Below, in pieces: positions 36,166-45,051 of a stretch of 64,000 bases of DNA (positions are counted from its first letter, which is position 1; each line of letters opens with the position of its first letter). A model generated the notes under the pieces. It saw only the letters and a list, made by a program, of their open reading frames with translations, made no database searches and was not told the origin of the DNA. The stretch covers positions 94,393 to 158,392 of the forward strand of contig JAPSGB010000007.1 in the NCBI GenBank assembly GCA_035063585.1, read 5' to 3'. Source of the DNA: Polyangiaceae bacterium. GTDB taxonomy: Bacteria > Myxococcota_A > Polyangia > Polyangiales > Polyangiaceae. The translations under genes were made by a program, and so were the position numbers.

Positions 36166-38819
36166 TTTGCTGCCCCCTGTCCTTGCTGACCGAGCTGGCG
36201 AAGCAGTTGCTGCAGTTGTTCCGGTGCCGCCGTGTTCGCGGGCTGCCCCGGCGCTCCTTGCGGGACACCGACGGGTCTGCCGTCCGCGCCCTGCTGCAAC
36301 TCGATGGTCGTCATCCCAGGCGCCGAGCGATCGGGCTTCGGGTGATGGACCGGGTAGACGCGCTCACCGATGCGACCAAACGCATTCTTGACCTGGAGCT
36401 TCACGGGGAGCGTCTTCCCCGCCTCGACGGTGAGCTCGATCACGTCCTTGGCGTCGAACCCCTCGGTGTCCCACTTCCCGTCGCCGTCCGCGTCCCAGCG
36501 GTATCCGTAGCCGAAGCCGGGCTCCGCGGTCACGGTGTACGTCCCGGCGAGATCGTCGCCGTGGACCGACGCGGCCGCGTGCGGCGTGACGAAGAACCAG
36601 CCGAGCCCGCCTACTCCGACGACCATCACCGCGGCGTAGGCCTGGGTGCGGCCGGTCTGCAGATGGCGAAGGACGGTGCCCGAGACCGATACGACGAACG
36701 CGCTCAGCCGAGCCAGCACGCCATCGACGAGCCACTTGTCCGCCCACACGAAGAACTCGGCGAGGGAGTCTACCGCGCCGAGGATCGTCTCGTCGTAGAG
36801 CTCATCGATCCGCCACTTGTCCGAGACGAGCCGGTAGAGCCTGGGCCACGCCTCGGCGAGGCGACGCGCCGGCTCGCCCTTCTGCATCATGTACATCCAG
36901 TAAGCGACGCCCGACCCGACCGCGAAGAGCACCACCGCCACCCCGAGCAAGGGATACATGACCTTGCCGGCGTCGGTGACCGCCGTGACCGACGCGGAGG
37001 CGTGCTCGAACACCGGCTCGAGCCAGTGCTCGAGGCTCTCGAGCTTGAAGAGCGGCGCGTTCAGCAACCCCGCGAAGAGCGAGAGGACCCCGAGAATCCA
37101 GAGCGGAGCGGTCATCTGCCACGGCGACTCGTGGGGCGCCGGCCCGTCGAGCGGCTCGCCGGGGGCGTGCGCCTCGTGCGCGTCGTGGCCGTGCGCGCTG
37201 GCAGGCTTCCACTTCTTGACGATCTTCCACCCCTTGAAGTCGCCGAAGAAGATGCCGATGACCAGGCGGGTCATGTAAAAAGCCGTCAGCACGGCGCCGA
37301 ACGCCCCGAGCCCGTAGAGGACCGAGGGGCCCCACTTGGGCCACTCGAACACCGGCATGGCGCCGATCTGGCCGCCAGCGACGGGAGAGGCGATCGCCGA
37401 CGAGTACGCCTTCAGCAGGATCTCGTCCTTCGAGAAGAAGCCCGCGGTGAGCGGAAAGCCGACGATGGCGGCCCAGGCGAACACGAACGTCCAGAAGGTG
37501 GACGGCATGTACCGCTTGAGCCCGCCCATGTTGCGCATGTCCTGCGACGCGTCCGAGTCGTGGATACGCGCGTGCATGGCGTGGATGATCGAGCCCGCGC
37601 CGAGGAAGAGGCACGCCTTGAAGAAGGCATGGGTGAGGACATGGAAGAACCCCGCGGTGAACGCCCCGACGCCAACCCCGAGGAACATGTACCCGAGCTG
37701 GCTCACGGTGGAGTACGCGAGCACCTTCTTGATGTCGTTTTGGACCAGCGCGATGGTGGCGGCGAACACCGCCGTGAGCCCGCCGATCAGCGCCACCACG
37801 AACATGGCGCCGGGGCTCAGCACGAACACGGCGGACATACGACACACGAGGTAGACGCCGGCGGTCACCATGGTAGCCGCGTGGATCAGGGCGCTCACCG
37901 GGGTCGGCCCCGCCATGGCGTCGGGGAGCCAGACGTACAGCGGGATCTGCGCGCTCTTACCGGCGCACCCGAGGAAGAGCGCGAGCGCTACCAGGGTGGC
38001 GCGTGAGACGTAGTGCGGGCGGTTGATGGCCGCCGCCCAGCTGTCCGGCATGAGGCCGGTGAGCGGCACGTGTCCGCCGAGCGGCCAAATCTGCTGCGGC
38101 TGGCTGAGGAGGTTCATGCGCCCCGCCTCGATGCCGGCCCAGTCGAGTTTCCCGACGTAATAGACGAGCAGCCCCATCGCGACCAGGAGCCCGAAGTCAC
38201 CGATGCGGTTGGCGATGAACGCCTTCTTGCCGGCCGCCGCGTTCTTGTCGCCCTCGAACCAGAACCCGATGAGCAGGTAACTGCAGAGCCCGACGCCCTC
38301 CCAGCCAACGAACAGCACCGGGAGACTGTCCCCGAGGATGAGGACCAGCATCGAGAAGATGAAGAGGTTCAGGTAGGCGAAGAAGCGGTAATAGGAGGGG
38401 TCGTCCGCCATGTACTTGGTCGAGTACAGGTGGATGAGGAAACCGACCCCGGTGATGACGAGCGCCATCGTCCCGCTGAGCGCGTCGATCGAGAAGGAGA
38501 GGTCGATGGGCAGCGGCATCTCGCCGGCGGTCGGTGCTCCGGAGACCGCCGTGGCGGACAGCGTCATCCAGCGCCAACCGAACCAGGTGAAGCGCGCGGC
38601 GTGCTCACCGTGCTGAGCCGCCGAGAGCATCACGAACGACAGGACGGCCAGCACGAAGGACGCGCCAACGGCCACGAGGGCCATGAGCGTCACGCCCTCC
38701 TTACCGAGCCGCTTGCCGAAGATGCCGTTCACCAGCGCCCCGAGCAGCGGCAGGAGCAAGATCGCCGCGAGCAGGGTGAAGTTGTTGGCCGGGAAGAGTG
38801 CCTCTAGCGTGTGCATCAC
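36162..38819 (-). CDS. nuoL: NADH-quinone oxidoreductase subunit L, with C-terminal soluble extension
   Basis: GWEGVGLCSYLLIGFW, NRIGD, GKSAQIPLYVWLPDAMAGPTPVSALIHAATMVTAG, KKVLAYSTVSQLGYM, THAFFKA. Confidence 0.95.
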   Translation of the reverse strand: MMHTLEALFPANNFTLLAAILLLPLLGALVNGIFGKRLGKEGVTLMALVAVGASFVLAVLSFVMLSAAQHGEHAARFTWFGWRWMTLSATAVSGAPTAGEMPLPIDLSFSIDALSGTMALVITGVGFLIHLYSTKYMADDPSYYRFFAYLNLFIFSMLVLILGDSLPVLFVGWEGVGLCSYLLIGFWFEGDKNAAAGKKAFIANRIGDFGLLVAMGLLVYYVGKLDWAGIEAGRMNLLSQPQQIWPLGGHVPLTGLMPDSWAAAINRPHYVSRATLVALALFLGCAGKSAQIPLYVWLPDAMAGPTPVSALIHAATMVTAGVYLVCRMSAVFVLSPGAMFVVALIGGLTAVFAATIALVQNDIKKVLAYSTVSQLGYMFLGVGVGAFTAGFFHVLTHAFFKACLFLGAGSIIHAMHARIHDSDASQDMRNMGGLKRYMPSTFWTFVFAWAAIVGFPLTAGFFSKDEILLKAYSSAIASPVAGGQIGAMPVFEWPKWGPSVLYGLGAFGAVLTAFYMTRLVIGIFFGDFKGWKIVKKWKPASAHGHDAHEAHAPGEPLDGPAPHESPWQMTAPLWILGVLSLFAGLLNAPLFKLESLEHWLEPVFEHASASVTAVTDAGKVMYPLLGVAVVLFAVGSGVAYWMYMMQKGEPARRLAEAWPRLYRLVSDKWRIDELYDETILGAVDSLAEFFVWADKWLVDGVLARLSAFVVSVSGTVLRHLQTGRTQAYAAVMVVGVGGLGWFFVTPHAAASVHGDDLAGTYTVTAEPGFGYGYRWDADGDGKWDTEGFDAKDVIELTVEAGKTLPVKLQVKNAFGRIGERVYPVHHPKPDRSAPGMTTIELQQGADGRPVGVPQGAPGQPANTAAPEQLQQLLRQLGQQGQGAAK

Positions 38820-38827
38820 GGGGGTGC

Positions 38828-39145
38828 CTAGTGCCGCAGCGAGTCCGCCTCGTCACTGTTGACCGAGGAGCGCAGCCGGTAGAAGGAGAGGACGATCGCG
38901 AGCCCGACGGCTGCTTCGGCCGCGGCCACTGCGATGATGAAGAAAGCGAACATTTGGCCGTTCATGTCCGCGCCGTGGACGCGGTTATACGCGACCATCA
39001 AGAGGTTCACCGAGTTCAGCATGAGCTCGACGCTCATGAGCTGAACTATGATGTTTCGTCGCGCCAGAAACCCGATGACACCGATGACGAAGAGCGCGCT
39101 CGCGAGCAGCACGTAGTGCTCGACGACCTGGCCGAGAAGGTTCAT
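38828..39145 (-). CDS. nuoK: NADH-quinone oxidoreductase subunit K
   Basis: RRN..QLMSVELMLN, GQMFAFF..VAAAEAAVGLA. Confidence 0.95.
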   Translation of the reverse strand: MNLLGQVVEHYVLLASALFVIGVIGFLARRNIIVQLMSVELMLNSVNLLMVAYNRVHGADMNGQMFAFFIIAVAAAEAAVGLAIVLSFYRLRSSVNSDEADSLRH

Positions 39146-39756
39146 CGCGACCCCTCCTTGGGAAGCGGGCGCTCCGCATCACGCGGGTGAAGCGGGCCGT
39201 GAAACAAGCGGCGGGTCGCGTGGGTGACCGCGGGCTTGCCCGCCCGCTCTGCGTGGCGCGCGCGCGCGACCGCCACCGCGCCGACCACCGCGACCACGAG
39301 GAGCGCCGTCGCGAGCTCGAACGGCACGAGGCCGGTCGTGAAGATGAGGTGACCGACGGCCTCTACGGAGCCGTGCTCGATTCGCGCCGGCTGGAACGGC
39401 ACCGGTGTGGCCGACGCGCGACCGACGAGCGGGACGGCCACGCCCGCCAGCACGGCGGTCAGACCCGCGCCGAACCAGCGCGCCGCTCGAGCCTTGCCCG
39501 GGCCGGGCCGCTCGGCGTCGGGGCCGAGGAGCATGATCACGAACACGAACAGCACCACCACCGCGCCGGCGTAGACGATGATCTGAATCGCCGCGAGAAA
39601 CTGCGCGTCCAGCTTCAGGAACAGCCCGGCGATGGCGAGGATGGTCGCGAGCAGCCCGACCGCGCCGCGGATCGGGTTGCGAGCGCGCACCGTCACGATC
39701 GCGCCGACCAGCGCCGCGATGCTGCACACTGCGAAGAAGATGCTGCCGGTGCTCAT
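39142..39756 (-). CDS. nuoJ: NADH-quinone oxidoreductase subunit J
   Basis: RNPI, LDAQFLAAIQIIVYAGAVVVLFVFVIMLL, PFELA. Confidence 0.93.
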   Translation of the reverse strand: MSTGSIFFAVCSIAALVGAIVTVRARNPIRGAVGLLATILAIAGLFLKLDAQFLAAIQIIVYAGAVVVLFVFVIMLLGPDAERPGPGKARAARWFGAGLTAVLAGVAVPLVGRASATPVPFQPARIEHGSVEAVGHLIFTTGLVPFELATALLVVAVVGAVAVARARHAERAGKPAVTHATRRLFHGPLHPRDAERPLPKEGSR

Positions 39757-41102
39757 GACACGACCAGGGTGCGGGTCTGATTGGCCCCACCGTTCAGGAT
39801 GTAGTCCTCGAAGTGCTTGCGATAGCGCCGGATGAACGCCATCGCGGGCTGCGCGGCGCCGTCGCCGAACGCGCAGATGGTGTTGCCGGTGATGTTGGAG
39901 GCGACCTCATGGATGAGATCGAGCTCACGGATACTGCCCTCCCCGGCGACGATCTTGTCGAGGATGCGATCGATCCAGCCGCAGCCCTCGCGGCACGGCG
40001 TGCACTGCCCGCACGTCTCGTGTTCGTAGAAGCGCATCACGTTGTTCAGGGCGAGCACCGGGTCGGCGGCGTCCGACAGCACGATGGCGCAGCAGGTGCC
40101 GAGCATGCTGCCGGCCGAGCGGAAGGTGTCGACCCCCATCGGCAGGTCGAGGATGCTCTTGCCGTTGTACGGTGCGAAGCGCTCGTCGCCCGGAACGTCG
40201 ACGAGCTCGTCCGGCAGATGGATGGGGCAGGAGGAGCCCCCCGGGATCACCCCGAGGATCTCGCGATCACCGAGGACCCCGCCCCCGAGTTCATAGATGA
40301 GCTCGCGCAGGGTGAGCCCGACGGCACACTCGTAGACGCCGGGGTTCTTGACGTGCCCGCTCACGCCGAAGAGGCGCGCGCCGCCGTCGTTGAACGAGTG
40401 GAGCGCCGAGAGCTGGCTGAAGGCGTCCCCGCCGACCCTGAAGACGGTGGGCATGATGGCGATGGTCTCGATGTTGTTGACCGTCGTCGGCATCCCGAAC
40501 GCGCCGTGCTGCGCGGGGAAGGGCGGCTTGATGCGGGGCTCGCCGCGCTTGCCCTCGAGCGACTCGAGCAGCCCCGTCTCCTCTCCGCAGATGTAGGCGC
40601 CCGCGCCGGTGTGGACGTAGACCTCGACCTCGTACGGCTTGCCGAAGGGTGTCTTGCCCAGGTAGCCCTTCGCCTTGGCCTCCGCGATGGCCCCCCAGAG
40701 CCGCTCTTTCGAGAGGTGCAGCTCATCTCTCACGTAGATGTACGCGGCGTGGGCGCCGATCGCATAGCAACCGATGATGCAGCCCTCGATGAGCGCGTGC
40801 GGGTTGCGCTCCATGATGGTGCGGTCCTTGAAAGTGCCGGGCTCGCCCTCGTCGCCGTTCACGACCAGGTAGTGCGGCCGCTTCACCTCCTTGGGCATGA
40901 AGCTCCACTTGGTGCCCGCATCGAAGCCCGCGCCGCCTCGCCCGCGGATATGCGCCTTCTTCGCCTCCTCCACGACCGCGTCGCGGGTCATGCCGAGCGC
41001 CTTGCGCGCCGAGCCGTAACCGCCCTCTCGCTCGTAGAGCGCGAGCGCCCAGCTCTCGGGCACGCCGTAATTCTTGCTGAGATATTCAGTACGCTTGAGC
41101 AT
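39753..41102 (-). CDS. nuoF: NADH-quinone oxidoreductase subunit F
   Basis: GRGGAGF, NGDEGEPGTFKDR, GAGAYICGEET, CGQCTPCREG...TICAFGD (4Fe-4S); start MLKRTEY at 41102. Confidence 0.95.
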   Translation of the reverse strand: MLKRTEYLSKNYGVPESWALALYEREGGYGSARKALGMTRDAVVEEAKKAHIRGRGGAGFDAGTKWSFMPKEVKRPHYLVVNGDEGEPGTFKDRTIMERNPHALIEGCIIGCYAIGAHAAYIYVRDELHLSKERLWGAIAEAKAKGYLGKTPFGKPYEVEVYVHTGAGAYICGEETGLLESLEGKRGEPRIKPPFPAQHGAFGMPTTVNNIETIAIMPTVFRVGGDAFSQLSALHSFNDGGARLFGVSGHVKNPGVYECAVGLTLRELIYELGGGVLGDREILGVIPGGSSCPIHLPDELVDVPGDERFAPYNGKSILDLPMGVDTFRSAGSMLGTCCAIVLSDAADPVLALNNVMRFYEHETCGQCTPCREGCGWIDRILDKIVAGEGSIRELDLIHEVASNITGNTICAFGDGAAQPAMAFIRRYRKHFEDYILNGGANQTRTLVVS

Positions 41103-41116
41103 CGGAGGCCTCGGGC

Positions 41117-41602
41117 TCAACCCTCGTAGAGGAGGCGATCGAGGATGCGGTCGACCTCCTCTACCGTGAGGTTCTCGTGGTAGGCCTTGTCGACCTGCAT
41201 CATGGGCGCGGTGCCGCACGAGGCGAGGCACTCGGCCGTCCGCAGGGTCACTCGACCGTCCTTGGTCGTCCCGCCGGCATCGACGCCGAGCTTCTTCTCG
41301 CAGTGGTGCAGGAGCTCCTCGCCTCCGCGCAGCGCACACGAGAGGGAGTGGCACACCCAGACCTGGTGCTTCCCCGGCCGCTCCTCGTTGAACAGCGTGT
41401 AGAAGGTGACGACCCCCTTCACGTGCGCCGTCCCGAGCTCGAGCCGCTCGGCGACGAACGCGATGACCTCATCGTCGATCCAGTTGTCGTGCGCTTCCTG
41501 GCAGAGATGCAGGACCGGGATGCACGCGGCCATCTTGTTCGGATACCGTGAGAGGATCTCCTGGAGCTCCCGCTCACGCTCCTCGCTGAGGGCGAATGCC
41601 AT
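41117..41602 (-). CDS. nuoE: NADH-quinone oxidoreductase subunit E
   Basis: VVTFYTLF, CHSLSC...ECLASCGTAPMM (2Fe-2S); start MAFALSEE at 41602. Confidence 0.93.
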   Translation of the reverse strand: MAFALSEERERELQEILSRYPNKMAACIPVLHLCQEAHDNWIDDEVIAFVAERLELGTAHVKGVVTFYTLFNEERPGKHQVWVCHSLSCALRGGEELLHHCEKKLGVDAGGTTKDGRVTLRTAECLASCGTAPMMQVDKAYHENLTVEEVDRILDRLLYEG

Positions 41603-41703
41603 GAATCTTCCGTGGTTTACTGATCGGCGCGCCCGGTCTGCGAGGCCCCGCTGGGCGCCGGAGCTCGGACCGCCATGGCTGGCCCGGGCTGCCGGGCGTG
41701 CGC

Positions 41704-41733
41704 ACCGTAGTGAGGTGCAATCGGCCGTGTCAA
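41704..41733 (-). promoter_or_regulatory. Candidate sigma70 promoter for the nuoE operon
   Basis: Minus strand TTGACA, 18-nt spacer, TACGGT, about 100 nt upstream of nuoE. Confidence 0.45.
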
Positions 41734-41920
41734 TAGCGCACTCCGGCGGCTCACCTCGTGCGAGCGCGGCGCGTCGCCCGGCCACGCCTCCCGGACGCGC
41801 CGTGGCGCGCTACGCAGGCGCCGGCAGCAGCCCCCGCGCACGGATGCTCTTGAGAATTGGGAGCGGAGGCGTGTAGGCTGGCGCCCCTCGCCACGGTTCT
41901 GGCGGGACGGGAGGTGACGC

Positions 41921-43189
41921 GTGTTTTGCCCGAACTGTGGGACGCAGAATCCGGATACTTCAACGACCTGCTCGAAGTGTGGCTTCAATCTGAAGGGCGC
42001 GGCGGCTCCCAAGTTCAAGGGCACCATGCTCATGATGAACGCCCCGCCGGCGGCTCCACGACCCGAAGACAAGCCCGCCGCGCCGAAGCCGGCGCTCAAG
42101 GGGACGATGCTTGGAGTGGCGCCGCCCTCCGCCGGTGGCTACGCGCCGCCGCCAGGCGCTCCCCCCGCGGGTCCGCCCCCGGGCGCACCGCCGGCTCCCG
42201 GCGGCTTCGCTCCTCCCGCGCCGGCGATGCCCGCGCCCCCCGCTGACGTGAACCCGCTCGGTGGCACGATGGTGGCGGAGCCAGGCGCTGCCATGGCGGG
42301 CGTCGCGGGAATGGCGGGCGCGCCGTTCGGCGCAGCTCCGCCCGCGCCGCCCCCCGGCGGCTTCGGCGCACCTCCCGCAGGCCCGCCCCCGGGCGGCCCT
42401 GGTCCCGTGGCCGGCGCGGGTGATTACGGCCCGCCCCCCGACGGTCCCGCTCCGGGCGGCTTCGGCCCGCCCCCCGGCGGTCCCGCTCCGGGCGGCTTCG
42501 GCCCGCCCCCCGGCGGTCCCGCTCCCGGCGGCTTCGGCCCGCCTCCCGGCGGACCCGCGCCCGGCGGCTTCGGTCCGCCCCCCGGCGGACCCGCTCCCGG
42601 CGGCTTCGGCCCGCCCCCCGGTGGCCCCGCGCCCGGCGGCTTCGGCCCGCCCCCCGGCGGCCCCGCGCCCGGCGGCTTCGGCCCGCCCCCCGGCGGACCC
42701 GCTCCCGGCGGCTTCGGCCCGCCCCCCGGCGGCCCCGCGCCCGGCGGCTTCGGCCCGCCCCCCGGCGGCGGTCAGTTCGGAGCGCCGCCCGGCGCGATGG
42801 TCCCCGCGGGCGGGGCCCCCATGGGGTTCCCCGGCGGCGGCGGCGCTCACGGGCCGATCGGAACCACCCGAAACCCCATCGTGACGTTCCTCATCAGCTA
42901 CGTCTGCTTCATCTACGCGATCATCCAGTTGATCGGGATGATCAGCGAGCTGAAGGCGTTCCGCCAGAAGGACGACATCCCGATCATCGCCCTCTTCATC
43001 CCCATCTGGAACCTCATCACCCTGTGGGGGATCCCGGCGAAGGTGCTGGAAGCGAAGCAAATGGCGGGCGTCCCGAACGCGACGGTCGGACACCCCATCC
43101 TCTACTTGTTCCTCGGGTTGTGGTTCTTGCCGAACGACCTCAACGAGGTCTGGGCCGCGGCGAGCGGCGGCAGGCCGCCCGGGGCCTGA
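41921..43189 (+). CDS. Zinc-ribbon + Pro/Gly-rich repeat + C-terminal DUF4234-like membrane domain protein
   Basis: CPNCG...CSKCG N-terminus, recurrent GTM motifs, (GPPPGGPAPGGF)n repeat, C-terminal RNPIV..LIS..CFIY with about 3 TMs and NDLNEVW. Confidence 0.7.
   Translation: MFCPNCGTQNPDTSTTCSKCGFNLKGAAAPKFKGTMLMMNAPPAAPRPEDKPAAPKPALKGTMLGVAPPSAGGYAPPPGAPPAGPPPGAPPAPGGFAPPAPAMPAPPADVNPLGGTMVAEPGAAMAGVAGMAGAPFGAAPPAPPPGGFGAPPAGPPPGGPGPVAGAGDYGPPPDGPAPGGFGPPPGGPAPGGFGPPPGGPAPGGFGPPPGGPAPGGFGPPPGGPAPGGFGPPPGGPAPGGFGPPPGGPAPGGFGPPPGGPAPGGFGPPPGGPAPGGFGPPPGGGQFGAPPGAMVPAGGAPMGFPGGGGAHGPIGTTRNPIVTFLISYVCFIYAIIQLIGMISELKAFRQKDDIPIIALFIPIWNLITLWGIPAKVLEAKQMAGVPNATVGHPILYLFLGLWFLPNDLNEVWAAASGGRPPGA
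42428..42769 (+). repeat. 36-bp coding tandem repeat, 9 full units plus a partial unit (GPPPGGPAPGGF)
   Basis: Units start every 36 nt from 42428. Differences are almost all synonymous third positions; unit 1 has one G-to-D change. Confidence 0.95.
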
Positions 43190-43206
43190 GCGAATCCGCT
43201 CGGACC

Positions 43207-43254
43207 GAGCGCGGAGGCCTCGCGCCGCAGGCGAGCGCCTCCGCGTTCATTTTT
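43207..43254 (+). terminator. Rho-independent terminator
   Basis: GAGCGCGGAGGC / GCCTCCGCGTTC stem with an inner CTCGC/GCGAG stem, followed by ATTTTT, just after the 43189 stop. Confidence 0.7.
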
Positions 43255-43376
43255 GTCGTAGCGGCGCGAGGCCGCGCGGTTCGTTCCCCGCGGCTTCGCG
43301 CCGCCACGACCCCCAGGCTCCCTCGAGGCCCGGCCGTGCGGGCCCGTTCGGGCGCGCGTGCTAGCGTCGCGGAGCC

Positions 43377-43910
43377 GTGTCGTTTCTCGAGCAGCCTCAC
43401 CCCGCGTACGTGCTGCCGCCGCGCGAGCGGGCGCGGCGAGTAGCGATGGTCGCGCTCCTCGGCGTCGTGTTGCTCGCGATCGCGTTCACCGATCTCCCGA
43501 TTTGCCCGGCCGCCGCCACCTTCGGCGTGCCGTGCCCGGGGTGTGGCCTCACGCGGGCGACGGTGGCTGCGCTCCACGGGCACCCGCTCGATGCGCTCAG
43601 GCTGCACCCGCTGGTGTTCGTGATCACGCCGTTCTTCGGCGTCGTCGCTGCGCGAGGCTTGCTCGCGTTCGTGCGGGGCGCAGGGCCGCGCCCGCAGTCG
43701 CGGCTCGGGCGCGCGCTCGACCGCCTCATCGGCGTCTGGGCCCTCGCCGGGACGGCGCTCCTCATCGGCGTCTGGGCCGCCCGCTTCGCGGGGTACTTCG
43801 GCGGCCCCGTCCCGGTCGAGACGTTCCGCGACTGGATGAGCTCACACGTTGAACCGGAAGTGCATCACGTCTCCGTCCCGAACGACGTAGTCCTTCCCCT
43901 CGATCGCTAG
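43377..43910 (+). CDS. DUF2752 domain membrane protein
   Basis: ICP....GVPCPGCGLTRA....LHG....A..LHPL signature. Confidence 0.85.
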   Translation: MSFLEQPHPAYVLPPRERARRVAMVALLGVVLLAIAFTDLPICPAAATFGVPCPGCGLTRATVAALHGHPLDALRLHPLVFVITPFFGVVAARGLLAFVRGAGPRPQSRLGRALDRLIGVWALAGTALLIGVWAARFAGYFGGPVPVETFRDWMSSHVEPEVHHVSVPNDVVLPLDR

Positions 43911-44945
43911 CTTGCCGGCCTCGCGACACTTGGCTTCGCTGCCGAGGCTCACGAGGTCCTCCCACCAGATGACCTCGGCCTTGATGAAGCCGCGCTCGAA
44001 GTCGGTGTGGATGACGCCCGCAGCCTCGGGAGCGGTGGCTCCCTTGCGCGCGGTCCACGCGCGGCACTCATCCTTGCCCGCGGTGAGGAAGGTGATGAGC
44101 CCGAGCAGTTCGTAGCCGGTGCGGATCACCTGGTGGAGCCCGGGCTCGGTGAGCCCGGCGCTCTCGAGGAACTCGGGACGGTCGGCCGGGTCGAGCTCGG
44201 CGATCTGGGCCTCGAGCGCGGCGCAGATGGGGACGACCTCCGCCCCCTCGGCCGCCGCATGCGCGCGGAGTCGCGCGAAGTGTGGGTTGTCGTCGAGGCG
44301 CGCGAGCGAGCCCTCGTCGACGTTGGCGACGTAGAACGTCGGCTTGGCGGTGAGCAGCCACAGCTCGCGAAAGATCGCTCGCTCCTTGTCGCCCTCGACC
44401 GCGAACGCGCGCGCGGGGCGCCCCGCGTCGAGGTGCGCCGCGAGGCGCTCGCAGAGCTCGGCGGCAGCAAGCTCGATCGGATCGCCGCTCTTGCTCTGCT
44501 TCCTCGCGCGATCGAGCCGCTTGCTCACGGTGTCGAGATCGCGGAGGCAGAGCTCGGTGTCGATGGTGGCCACATCGGCGACCGGATCGACGCGCCCCTC
44601 CACGTGCGTCACGTTTGGGTCGTCGAAGCAGCGCACCACGTGCGCGACCGCATCCACCTCGCGGATGTGCGAGAGAAACTGGTTGCCGAGCCCCTCTCCC
44701 TTCGACGCGCCGCGCACGAGCCCCGCGATGTCCACGAAGCGAATCGAGGTGAGCACCTTGCTCTTCGGCTCGAAGAGCCGCGCGAGGGCCTCGAGCCGCT
44801 CGTCCGGCACGGGCACGACGCCAACGTTTGGCTCGATGGTGCAAAATGGGAAATTTTGCGCTTCGGCCCCCGCGCTCGAGAGCGCATTGAAGAGCGTGCT
44901 CTTGCCGACGTTCGGCAGCCCGACGATGCCGCAGGAAAACCCCAT
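43842..44945 (-). CDS. ychF: Redox-regulated ATPase YchF (Obg family)
   Basis: GIVGLPNVGKSTLFNAL, PFCTIEPN, DIAGLV.GASKGEGLGNQFL, AGVIHTDFERGFIKAEV, DGDVMHFRFNV. Confidence 0.97.
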   Translation of the reverse strand: MGFSCGIVGLPNVGKSTLFNALSSAGAEAQNFPFCTIEPNVGVVPVPDERLEALARLFEPKSKVLTSIRFVDIAGLVRGASKGEGLGNQFLSHIREVDAVAHVVRCFDDPNVTHVEGRVDPVADVATIDTELCLRDLDTVSKRLDRARKQSKSGDPIELAAAELCERLAAHLDAGRPARAFAVEGDKERAIFRELWLLTAKPTFYVANVDEGSLARLDDNPHFARLRAHAAAEGAEVVPICAALEAQIAELDPADRPEFLESAGLTEPGLHQVIRTGYELLGLITFLTAGKDECRAWTARKGATAPEAAGVIHTDFERGFIKAEVIWWEDLVSLGSEAKCREAGKLAIEGKDYVVRDGDVMHFRFNV

Positions 44946-45051
44946 GGGGGCCGGGCTCTAGCGCACGACGCGCCGCGCGTCGAGACGGCGCGGCTATGAT
45001 AGCATCCCGCGCGTCCGCCCGTCGCGGACCTCGACCGCTCCGGAGCCCCCC

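Noticed and set aside
42428..42769. 36-bp repeat resembling a CRISPR repeat in length
   Set aside because: No spacers, in-frame coding with synonymous variation, and no cas genes
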